Shown: positions 20,618 through 29,422 of the stretch, piece after piece | Layout of the letters: each line of letters starts with the position of its first letter | Position numbering within the stretch: position 1 is the first letter of the stretch | Assembly (NCBI GenBank): GCA_963847625.1 | Contig: CAWKAR010000039.1 | Span: forward strand, 64,001 to 128,000 | Reading direction: 5' to 3' | Length of the DNA stretch: 64,000 nucleotides | From: a candidate division FCPU426 bacterium | Lineage (GTDB): Bacteria > Oederibacteriota > Muellerivitia > Muellerivitales > Muellerivitaceae | Program-made: the position numbers and the translations under genes | The notes under the pieces: generated by a model | What the model saw: only the letters and a program-made list of their open reading frames with translations | Told to the model about the DNA's origin: nothing | The model's database searches: none

Positions 20618-23053
20618 ATGAAATTACTCAAATTCAAGATCATTTTCTCCACGTTAATTCTGCTTGCTTGGCCTTTGTTTCTGAACGCCCAAACCCAGCC
20701 GGCTACCATTACGATCAACTCGGCTTCAACCATCACCTCATTCGTTCCCATCAGCATTTTTGGAAACAACACGGCCTATTGGACGAATAACGGTGATGAC
20801 ATGTCTGTGCAGCCTTTGGTCCAGGCGGTGGGAAATTATTTCATACGATATCCAGGCGGTTCCTCCTCGGATATTTTCCATTGGAACGGATCGGGAACTT
20901 TTAATTCCAACGGTTATTGGATTCCCAGCGGAACCACTTATGCTCCTGGTCATCAATGTAATCAAACTTACGCGGGAACAACTGCATCCAATGCCGGGGG
21001 TTATTCCAATATAACAGACGGAGATATCTCCACGACCTGGCTTTCTAACGTGGACACGGATTTACCAAACCACCAGTGGGTCCAGCTTTCCGCAGGGATT
21101 CAAGTGAACGCCATTACCATTGTCTGGGGTAACCCTTACGCCACATCATTTCAAATTCAATACTATAACGGCTGGCCTTGGAGCAATAGCGTCTTGGAAA
21201 GTGCATGGTCATCAGTGGTGACTATGACGGGCACCGGGGGAACTCAGGGGGTGACTTTTGCCCCCATTTCCCCTCAATATATCCGCATCCTCATGACTGT
21301 CTCTTCGGGGCCGGTGACGGCCAACTTGGGTTCGGTGACGGTCATCGGCCCCGCTTACGCCATCGCTGAGGCGTCTTTATATAATGGGACGACTTTAGTT
21401 TCCTCGAGCAATACCCAGGTTTGGGTTTCCAGTACAGATCCCGCTTCCAGCAACGGCTGGCAACCTTCCTTCGACTTTGAATCCTTCATGTCCTATATGA
21501 ACGCCTTCGGCACCAACCTGAAAGCTATTCCCATCATCACCGTCAATTTTGGGACCGGAACACCGGCCGAGGCGGCCTCCTGGGTTTATTACGCCAATAA
21601 AGTGGCGCATCCACAATACCCGAACTGGGCCGGCTGCCATTACTGGCAGATCGGCAACGAGGACGAAGGTTTCTGGGAGGCGGGTGGGCCTATTCCCACT
21701 CAGGATTATGTCAGGCGTTATATCGAGTATTACGACGCCATGAAGGCCGTGGATTCGAGCATCATTATCACGGGCCCGGTGGCAGGAGGATTCAATACGC
21801 CATCCAATATGTACGATGGAAACGGTGTGATGCAGGATTTCATCAATATTTTAAAAGTGAAAGGAAAACTTGATCATCTCAACGCCATCGATTTCCATTG
21901 GTATCCCGAGGGAGGCAGCTATACCGATGCCAGCGCCTTGGCCAGCACCTCCTCCTTGGATTCTTATCCGGGGCAATTGAACGGCTGGCTTTCAAACGCG
22001 GGTATTGTCAGTCCATCCGCCGTGCCGGTGATGATGACCGAATACAACGTCGATCCTGGGAATGAAAATTTCCAGGTCCAGTTGGGGGACGGCCTTTGGC
22101 TGGCCGACGCCTTGGGACATTTCATCACGGACTTCGGGAGCCGCGGTTACTGCAACCTTTGGGACACCTTGAATGGGGGAAATAACGACGGGGATTACTA
22201 CATAACCGCTGGTGATTTAGGATACCTGGACGCGGCCTATAACTATGCACCGCGCGCTACCTATTGGGCCATGAAAATGATGACCAACGATTGGGCTATC
22301 CCTGGTGATACCAATGCCCATCAACTGATTACAGCCAACAGCAGTACTGCGTCCCTCGCGGCTTACGCGGACTATCGCCCTGATAGCATCATTTCGTTGG
22401 TGGTGGTCAATAAAGACCCGAGCAACTTTTATAATACATGGGTGACAGGCATCCCTTACACCCCCAACGCCACCGCCGATGAGTGGACCTTCGATTCCAC
22501 CAATTACCAGTGGGTGATCACCGGGTCAACGCCATACCACGCCACGCCGAATACGGCCCCGACTACCCTCACATTAAGCGGGGTAGCCAGCTCATTCCCT
22601 GTCACTTTTGGGCCTTATTCTATAACGGTTTTGCAGATTAACCATCCAGCCACTTCTACGCCTACCTTTACTCCACCCCCCTGTACCGACGGTTCCGGAC
22701 ACACTTGTACTCCCACCAATACCCCCACCGCGACGATCACGCCCACTCCCACGGCGACGGTTACGAATCTCAATGTTCTTTTTCCCAACCCTATTCGGGA
22801 CCAAACACCCCTGAACTTTTATTACCATTTGGATTCCAACAATGACTGGGTGAAAGTCAAAATATTCACGACTTCATTCAGAAAAATTTACGAGCAGGAC
22901 AGCTTGCCGTTTAAACAAGGAACACACCCTTACCAGCTGAATTGGGCCCAATCGGGATTAAACCCAGCCAATGGACTTTATTATGTTGTTTTGGACCGGC
23001 TAAATGGCGGTCATGAGAGCCTCCAGATCATGAAACTTCTCATCTTTCGCTAA
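20618..23053 (+). CDS. Secreted clan GH-A glycoside hydrolase (GH44/GH51/GH39-like) with an inserted F5/8 discoidin domain, PT linker and T9SS-like C-terminal domain
   Basis: Signal peptide, RYPGGSSSD, YWQIGNE (acid/base), VMMTEYN (nucleophile), DGDISTTWLS discoidin segment, TPTxTPT repeats, C-terminal FPNP...NGLYYVVL. Confidence 0.75.
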   Translation: MKLLKFKIIFSTLILLAWPLFLNAQTQPATITINSASTITSFVPISIFGNNTAYWTNNGDDMSVQPLVQAVGNYFIRYPGGSSSDIFHWNGSGTFNSNGYWIPSGTTYAPGHQCNQTYAGTTASNAGGYSNITDGDISTTWLSNVDTDLPNHQWVQLSAGIQVNAITIVWGNPYATSFQIQYYNGWPWSNSVLESAWSSVVTMTGTGGTQGVTFAPISPQYIRILMTVSSGPVTANLGSVTVIGPAYAIAEASLYNGTTLVSSSNTQVWVSSTDPASSNGWQPSFDFESFMSYMNAFGTNLKAIPIITVNFGTGTPAEAASWVYYANKVAHPQYPNWAGCHYWQIGNEDEGFWEAGGPIPTQDYVRRYIEYYDAMKAVDSSIIITGPVAGGFNTPSNMYDGNGVMQDFINILKVKGKLDHLNAIDFHWYPEGGSYTDASALASTSSLDSYPGQLNGWLSNAGIVSPSAVPVMMTEYNVDPGNENFQVQLGDGLWLADALGHFITDFGSRGYCNLWDTLNGGNNDGDYYITAGDLGYLDAAYNYAPRATYWAMKMMTNDWAIPGDTNAHQLITANSSTASLAAYADYRPDSIISLVVVNKDPSNFYNTWVTGIPYTPNATADEWTFDSTNYQWVITGSTPYHATPNTAPTTLTLSGVASSFPVTFGPYSITVLQINHPATSTPTFTPPPCTDGSGHTCTPTNTPTATITPTPTATVTNLNVLFPNPIRDQTPLNFYYHLDSNNDWVKVKIFTTSFRKIYEQDSLPFKQGTHPYQLNWAQSGLNPANGLYYVVLDRLNGGHESLQIMKLLIFR

Positions 23054-23185
23054 AACCCTCTTAAACGTTTTTTTCACAACTTGAAACCCACTGAAAATGT
23101 CAGGTAATATGATAATGTCTTTTTCCAAAAGTAATGGAATTGAATAAATTCGACTTCGCCTTTAAATGTTGTTGAAGAGGCAAAC

Positions 23186-24301
23186 ATGGCTGAGCAATTC
23201 TACGAAATCAAGCGTCGCAAGACCCGAACTGTCATGGTTGGGAAGGTCCAGGTGGGAAGCGGGGCTCCCATCTCCATCCAATCCATGACCAACACCCATA
23301 CCTACGATATCCAGGAAACGCTTGACCAGATCAAGCGCCTGGAAGACGCAGGGTGCGAGATCATTCGAGTAACGGTGGAGAATCAGAAATCCCTCAAGGC
23401 TCTTGGGAAGATTAAATCGAAAATGAGAGTGCCTTTGGTGGCGGACATTCATTTCGCCTACCAGCTCGCTTTGGGGGCCGTGGATGAGGGCGCGGATAAA
23501 ATCCGCATCAACCCTGGAAATATCGGCGGGATGGATCGGCTGGCGCTAGTGGTCGAAAAATGCAAACAACATAACGTGGCCATGCGGGTGGGAGTGAATT
23601 CAGGTTCTTTGGAAAAGGATCTGCTAGAGAAATACGGCCATCCTACGCCCGAGGCTATCGTGGAATCTGCTCTCCGGCATATCCGCTTCATCGAGTCCCT
23701 GGGCTACCAAAGCCTGGTTATCTCCGTAAAAAGCTCCCACGTGCCTACCATGATTCGTTCCTACCGTCTCCTGGCGGAGAAGTGCGAATACCCCTTACAC
23801 GTGGGAGTCACCGAGGCCGGCACCAAGACGCAAGGCATCACCAAGAGCGCTGCTGGAATCGGGGCGGTCTTGGCTGAGGGCATCGGGGACACCATCCGGG
23901 TTTCGCTCACCGCCGACCCGGTGGAGGAGATAAAAGTCGCAACCCAGCTTTTGCGCGCAATGGGTTTGAGGAAGGAAGGGGTGGACATTGTGGCCTGCCC
24001 TACTTGCGGACGCTGTCACGTTGACCTGGAAGCGATGGTGGATGCGGTGGAAAACGCTACTTTGAACATAAAGACCCCCCTGCGGGTGGCCGTTATGGGA
24101 TGCGTAGTAAACGGTCTCGGAGAGGGGGCGGAAGCGGATATCGGCTTATGCTCCGAAAAGGGCCATGGGGTTATTTTCGAGAAGGGCAAGGTCACGACCC
24201 GCTTGAAGGAAGAAGAATTGGTGTCCCATTTGATCAACGAGGTCAAGAAAAGGGCCGAAGAAATGTCTAAAAAAGCTCAATTCCCAGCAGAAAGTACCTG
24301 A
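23186..24301 (+). CDS. ispG: 4-hydroxy-3-methylbut-2-en-1-yl diphosphate synthase
   Basis: SIQSMTNT, VADIHF, RINPGNIG, ACPTCGR, MGCVVNG. Confidence 0.97.
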   Translation: MAEQFYEIKRRKTRTVMVGKVQVGSGAPISIQSMTNTHTYDIQETLDQIKRLEDAGCEIIRVTVENQKSLKALGKIKSKMRVPLVADIHFAYQLALGAVDEGADKIRINPGNIGGMDRLALVVEKCKQHNVAMRVGVNSGSLEKDLLEKYGHPTPEAIVESALRHIRFIESLGYQSLVISVKSSHVPTMIRSYRLLAEKCEYPLHVGVTEAGTKTQGITKSAAGIGAVLAEGIGDTIRVSLTADPVEEIKVATQLLRAMGLRKEGVDIVACPTCGRCHVDLEAMVDAVENATLNIKTPLRVAVMGCVVNGLGEGAEADIGLCSEKGHGVIFEKGKVTTRLKEEELVSHLINEVKKRAEEMSKKAQFPAEST

Positions 24302-24380
24302 AATTTTTTCGCCGTTTTGGCTGGATAACCTTATTTAATTCCTTGCTGAAATCACACAATTGAAGAAAATAGTTCTTCGA

Positions 24381-24413
24381 GAGGGGTACGGTATGCCGTA
24401 CTCCTTAATTTTT
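24381..24413 (+). terminator. Hairpin/terminator between ispG and proS
   Basis: GAGGGGTACGG-TATG-CCGTACTCCTT then AATTTTT. Confidence 0.5.
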
Positions 24414-24447
24414 ACCCGCGGTTTATTTGGTGAATAAAAGGATTTTT

Positions 24448-26175
24448 ATGCGAGTCTCCAAAGCCTTGATTCCCACCGTCAAGGAAACTCCCGGCGAGGC
24501 GGAAATTCCCTCCCATAAACTTATGCTTCGGGCTGGATTGATGCGTAAGGTGGCCTCAGGCATCTACGAGTACCTTCCCCTGGGCGTGCGTTCCATCTTG
24601 AAAGTGTCAAATATCATCCGGGAGGAAATGACCCGGGCTGGTGCCCAGGAAGTGCTTCTTCCCATCATGACACCTGCTGAACTTTGGGTGGAAACGGGCC
24701 GATGGCAGAAATACGGGAAGGAACTCATGCGCTTGAAGGACCGCCATGAGCGCGACTACGCTCTCGGACCCACGCACGAGGAGGTTATCACTGACCTTGT
24801 GCGAAGGGAACTCAAGAGTTACAAACAACTGCCCTTGAATCTTTTCCAGATCGCCACCAAATTCCGGGACGAGGTCCGTCCCCGGTTCGGGGTCATGCGC
24901 AGCCGAGAGTTTCTCATGAAGGATGGTTATTCCTTCGACGTGGACAACGAGGCTTGCGACAAGACTTATTGGGCCATGGTGGAGGCTTACAAACGGGTTT
25001 TCAAGCGATGTGGCTTGTCTTTTTCCCCTGTGGAAGCGGACTCGGGCCTGATTGGGGGGAGCTTCACCCATGAATTCATGGTCCTAGCCGAGACCGGAGA
25101 AGCAGCCATCGCCATGTGTGAAGCTTGTGGGTATGCGGCTAACCTAGAAAAAGCCGTTTCGGTTCCATTACCTCACACTGCTGAAGAATCTGGCCCGGCT
25201 TTCTCGAAGGTGGAAACACCCGGCAAGCACACCGTAGAAGATGTTGGCAAATTCCTGAAATTGCCGCCTCAACAATTCATCAAGACCCTCATATTCATAG
25301 CGGATGGGAAACCGGTGGCCGTCATGGCGCGAGGGGACCACGAGGTCAACGAGATCAAGGTCAAGAACTACCTCCAAGCCACCGAACTAGCCCTGGCCTC
25401 ATCCGAGAAGGTCATGGAAGCAACCGAAGCCCCGGTGGGGTTTGCCGGGCCCGTGGGATTGAAAGGAATACGCGTGATTTCGGATCAAGCCCTGAAGGGA
25501 GGGCACCAATACGTGACAGGGGGGCTGGAAAAGGATATCCATCTGAAAAACGTTGAATTCGGAAGAGATTTTCCCGAGCCTGAGTGGGGCGATTTTCGAA
25601 ATGTTGCCTCGGGGGAGGGATGTCCCCATTGCGGCAAGCCTGTCAAAGCGGGACGTGGCATCGAGGTGGGACAGACCTTCAAACTGGGGCTCAAGTACTC
25701 GACTTCCATGCATTGCGTTTACCTAGATGAGAAGGGCCAGGAACGGGAGGCGGTCATGGGCTGCTATGGAATCGGCGTCACCCGCACGGTGGGCGCGGCT
25801 ATCGAGCAGCATAATGACGCGGACGGCATCCGGTGGCCCATTTCTATCGCGCCCTATCAGGTGCACCTGCTTTGCCTGAATCCCGCCGAAACCGAGGTGA
25901 CCCGGGTTGCCGACCAGTGTTACGTGGATTTAATGAAAGCCGGATACGAAGTTCTTTATGATGACCGCGCCGACACCACAGCGGGGTTCAAATTCAAGGA
26001 TGCGGATCTTTTGGGCATGCCGCTCGCGGTACGAGTGGGCGCCAAGGGGTTGAAGGAAGGGCTGGTCGAGGTAAAACGACGACGGGAAAAGGAAGTCTCC
26101 AAGGTCCCGATGGCAATGGTGTTGGACAAGGTCAAGGAATTAGCCAGCGAGGAATGGAAAATCTGCACCCCCTGA
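24448..26175 (+). CDS. proS: Proline--tRNA ligase with INS editing domain
   Basis: SHKLMLRAG, LGPTHEE, FRDEVRPRFG, MGCYGIG. Confidence 0.97.
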   Translation: MRVSKALIPTVKETPGEAEIPSHKLMLRAGLMRKVASGIYEYLPLGVRSILKVSNIIREEMTRAGAQEVLLPIMTPAELWVETGRWQKYGKELMRLKDRHERDYALGPTHEEVITDLVRRELKSYKQLPLNLFQIATKFRDEVRPRFGVMRSREFLMKDGYSFDVDNEACDKTYWAMVEAYKRVFKRCGLSFSPVEADSGLIGGSFTHEFMVLAETGEAAIAMCEACGYAANLEKAVSVPLPHTAEESGPAFSKVETPGKHTVEDVGKFLKLPPQQFIKTLIFIADGKPVAVMARGDHEVNEIKVKNYLQATELALASSEKVMEATEAPVGFAGPVGLKGIRVISDQALKGGHQYVTGGLEKDIHLKNVEFGRDFPEPEWGDFRNVASGEGCPHCGKPVKAGRGIEVGQTFKLGLKYSTSMHCVYLDEKGQEREAVMGCYGIGVTRTVGAAIEQHNDADGIRWPISIAPYQVHLLCLNPAETEVTRVADQCYVDLMKAGYEVLYDDRADTTAGFKFKDADLLGMPLAVRVGAKGLKEGLVEVKRRREKEVSKVPMAMVLDKVKELASEEWKICTP

Positions 26176-26269
26176 ACGGCGATCAGTGGCGATGAAACAC
26201 CCACGATAAACAAAAGCTTGGTTGGGAAGCCCGACGCATTCAGCAAATCTTCTATTAAGGACCGCTTGC

Positions 26270-27424
26270 TTGAAAATCGCCCTGGTTACCGACACCTATT
26301 TTCCCCGAATCAACGGCGTTTCCGCGTCCACCCGGATTTTTGCGGAGGAATTCGATCGGCTCGGCCACGAAGTCCATATTTATGCCCCGGCTTTCCCGAA
26401 CCATATCGACGAGGCGGGCCGCATCCAGGTCCACCGTTTTCCTTCCTGGTATCTTTTTTTCGATCCCGAGGACCGTTTAGGATATCCTTCCGGGGATAAG
26501 AAACTGATTCGTCGGTTCATCGACATGAAGTTCGATGTTGTGCATACCCAAACCCCTTTCACCATAGGGGGTCCCGCGGTGAAATGGGCCCGGCAATCAG
26601 GTGCGAAATTGGTTCACACTTACCATACCCTTTTCGCGGCTTACGTGGAGCATTACCTCTGGTTTTTCCCCAAGAGTTTCAGCGTTTGGTACGCCAAAAC
26701 CGCCAGCCGCCGCTATTGCAATTCCTGTGACCTGGTGGTAACCCCGTCCTCGGAAATGCGGGAGGTGCTCCTGGGTTACGGCGTGACAAAGCCCATCGAG
26801 GTGGTACCCACCGGTATCCGGTTGGAAAAATTCAAAGGAAGCGATCCAAAAAGATTCCGGGAACTTAAGGGTTATAAACCCGAGGACAAGGTCCTTTTAT
26901 TCATGGGCCGGGTGGCGGAGGAAAAAAACATCGATTTTTTACTTCGAGTAATCCACCGATTGGTAGCCCGGATACCTTGTTTGCATTTCCTGATCGCGGG
27001 GGAAGGAGCGGCCAAGAAACGCCTCCAGAAAATGGCTTTCGAATTGGGCTTGGGTGACCGCGTTTTATTTGCCGGTTACTTGGACCGGGAGGATTGGCGG
27101 GATTGTTACGCCGGGGCGGACCTTTTCATTTTAGCTTCGGTCACCGAAACCCAGGGGCTGGTTGTTACCGAGGCCATGGCAGCCGGTGTACCTGTTGTGG
27201 CGGTGGGGGAGATGGGCGTCAAGGAAGTGATGGCTTCCGGCAAGGGGGGCATCCAAACCCAGTTGGACGAAGATGAATTTTCCGAGGCTGTCTACCGAAT
27301 GATGACCGACCCGGCGCTCTACGCCCAAAAAAAATCGGAAACACTTGTTGAAGCCGAGAAATGGTCTTCCACCACCATGGCCAAGAAAATGATCAAAGCG
27401 TATGAAAACATTCCCCGGAAATGA
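26270..27424 (+). CDS. Glycosyltransferase family 4 (diacylglycerol glucosyltransferase-like)
   Basis: KIALVTDTYFPRINGV, HTYHT, ETQGLVVTEAMAAG. Confidence 0.88.
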   Translation: MKIALVTDTYFPRINGVSASTRIFAEEFDRLGHEVHIYAPAFPNHIDEAGRIQVHRFPSWYLFFDPEDRLGYPSGDKKLIRRFIDMKFDVVHTQTPFTIGGPAVKWARQSGAKLVHTYHTLFAAYVEHYLWFFPKSFSVWYAKTASRRYCNSCDLVVTPSSEMREVLLGYGVTKPIEVVPTGIRLEKFKGSDPKRFRELKGYKPEDKVLLFMGRVAEEKNIDFLLRVIHRLVARIPCLHFLIAGEGAAKKRLQKMAFELGLGDRVLFAGYLDREDWRDCYAGADLFILASVTETQGLVVTEAMAAGVPVVAVGEMGVKEVMASGKGGIQTQLDEDEFSEAVYRMMTDPALYAQKKSETLVEAEKWSSTTMAKKMIKAYENIPRK

Positions 27425-28268
27425 ATGGATCGCGCGGACAAGGAATGTCTTGCCCCTAACATGGTTTGTTGCGTTGGCCTTATGCTTTCTAACGGGTTTA
27501 TCGGCCCGCGCGCAAGATCTCCAGAAACCCTGGGTTTTCCTGCCGGGCCCGCCCCAGTTTAACCCACTTCTCGCCGACCCGAGGGAACCCCAAACCTCCA
27601 TCATCGCCCATACCAATCAAAGCCGTTTTGAGGGTGCCGTGGGGGCCCAACTGGAGATCCTCCGTTATAACGATCCCGGCGGAACTCATTGGGCCGCAGG
27701 ACTCTTCGGATCGGGTTTTATTTTACTGGATGAGAATGGCGCCACCTTTCCCGCCCGGGCCAACGACTGGGTCGCGGGTTTGGACCTCAGCGAGAGCACC
27801 GGAATCCTTTCCCACCGCTTGGAATTCTTGCACCAAAGCTCCCATCTTGGGGATTCCTTAGAGGGTGTTCAAGAACCTATCATCTACAATGGCGAGAACT
27901 TCAATTATGTCTGCTCCCTCCAGCCTTGGGAAAATTTAAGATTTTATGCGGGAATTGGCGCTTGGGAAAATTTATTCCCGCCGGATAACGCTTTTTTTGC
28001 CCCTTTCGGCGTGGAAGTTTTTTCCCCCCCATTGGGTTTTATCGGAACTTATATGAGGGGTTACACGGCCTGCCATTTGGAATGGAAAGGCCAGGCAGGC
28101 GGCCAATGGGATGGAGCGTTCCAATGGGGAATCCAATGGAAGTGGAAAAAAAATGAACCCCGCGCGGTCCGTTTGGCTCTCGTTTATTACGACGGTAATT
28201 ACCAATTCGGGCAATTTTACCTGAGACACGATTCACATTTAGGTATTGGAATTTACTTTGACCCATGA
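27402..28268 (+). CDS. DUF1207-like exported/outer-membrane protein
   Basis: Signal peptide, FNPLLADPREP, HQSSHLGD. Confidence 0.65.
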   Translation: MKTFPGNEWIARTRNVLPLTWFVALALCFLTGLSARAQDLQKPWVFLPGPPQFNPLLADPREPQTSIIAHTNQSRFEGAVGAQLEILRYNDPGGTHWAAGLFGSGFILLDENGATFPARANDWVAGLDLSESTGILSHRLEFLHQSSHLGDSLEGVQEPIIYNGENFNYVCSLQPWENLRFYAGIGAWENLFPPDNAFFAPFGVEVFSPPLGFIGTYMRGYTACHLEWKGQAGGQWDGAFQWGIQWKWKKNEPRAVRLALVYYDGNYQFGQFYLRHDSHLGIGIYFDP

Positions 28269-28275
28269 GAAAACG

Positions 28276-29145
28276 ATGAAAAGATTTTTCTATCCCCTAT
28301 TTGCTTTATGCCTGACGGTCGTCTTCGGGGCGGTTCAAGCCCAGGAGAGCCCTTGGGTGTTCCTGCCGACTGTGCCGGTTTTTGAACCCCTTCTGGGTGA
28401 TCCGAGGGAAGTCCAAAACGGAATCAATTTCAGGACGGGACGGTTCAATTTCGAGGGTTCAGTCGGTTCCACGCTTGAGTTTCTCCAGTGGCGGCCAACC
28501 GGATCGACACGATGGGGATGGGGCATCTTGGGTGAGGGTTTTGTCAGCCTGAATACCGCGAGTCAAAACGATTATCCCAACCGGGCGGTAACCTGCGATG
28601 GAAATTTGATTTATGACGAGTTTCCGGAGATAGCAAATGATTGGTACTTTGGAATGTATTTCAGCGAATCCTCCGGTTATTTCTCAAACAGGTTTGACTA
28701 CACTCACGTCAGCTCTCACCTTGGCGACGAGCTTTTCAACTATGTAAAAAGTTTCATCTACACCCGAGAAAGTTTCCGTTTCACTTCCTCGTACCAGCCC
28801 TCGGAGCGATTCCGCTTATATGCCGGCTTGGGCTACTATCCCCATATGTCACCGGATGGCAAACGGTTGTTCGCTCACGCGGGAACGGAGTGTTATACGG
28901 CTTTTTTCCCCTTCATTTTAGCGACAACCGGAAGGGGATATTTCACCTATGATGTGAAAGCCAAGCAGGAAGCCGGTGGAGTTGTGAACCAGGAATTCCA
29001 ATTGGGTTTTCAATGGAAATGGAACAGAAAAACCCAGGAAGTCCTTCACCTTGGCATTCTTTATTTCAATGGAAATTCAGAGTACGGCCAGTTTTACCTT
29101 CAAAATGACAATCATTGGAGCTTTTTTATTTATTTTGATCCATGA
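28276..29145 (+). CDS. DUF1207-like protein, tandem paralog
   Basis: FEPLLGDPRE, HVSSHLGDE, same C-terminal IYFDP as the upstream gene. Confidence 0.65.
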   Translation: MKRFFYPLFALCLTVVFGAVQAQESPWVFLPTVPVFEPLLGDPREVQNGINFRTGRFNFEGSVGSTLEFLQWRPTGSTRWGWGILGEGFVSLNTASQNDYPNRAVTCDGNLIYDEFPEIANDWYFGMYFSESSGYFSNRFDYTHVSSHLGDELFNYVKSFIYTRESFRFTSSYQPSERFRLYAGLGYYPHMSPDGKRLFAHAGTECYTAFFPFILATTGRGYFTYDVKAKQEAGGVVNQEFQLGFQWKWNRKTQEVLHLGILYFNGNSEYGQFYLQNDNHWSFFIYFDP

Positions 29146-29338
29146 AATTTTTGAATTTTTGTGGTAATGATATTGGATAATATTTTTCTAAAATGAAAAA
29201 ACTTTCTTGAATACATTTAGACTTCTCGCTTTTCGTTTCCTGCATTAAAACCAAGAATAGGTTCGGGGATTCTTAAGCACCAAATGGATGAGTCATGATC
29301 GCGGATAGTTCTAGACATATTTTGGATTTTAAAAATTC

Positions 29339-29366
29339 TTGACAAACACTCTATAGGTTGTATAGT
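29339..29366 (+). promoter_or_regulatory. Putative sigma70 promoter of polC
   Basis: TTGACA-16 nt-TATAGT. Confidence 0.5.
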
Positions 29367-29422
29367 GCGAAAAAGTAGCCCCAACCCCTTCCAAATCCCG
29401 ATAAACCGTTGCTGGAGGCAGA

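Noticed and set aside
24302..24447. T-box riboswitch upstream of proS
   Set aside because: Region is short and has no GGTGGNACCGCG T-box motif; only a simple hairpin.
29346..29361. NrdR box in the polC promoter
   Set aside because: Several mismatches to the consensus and no second copy.
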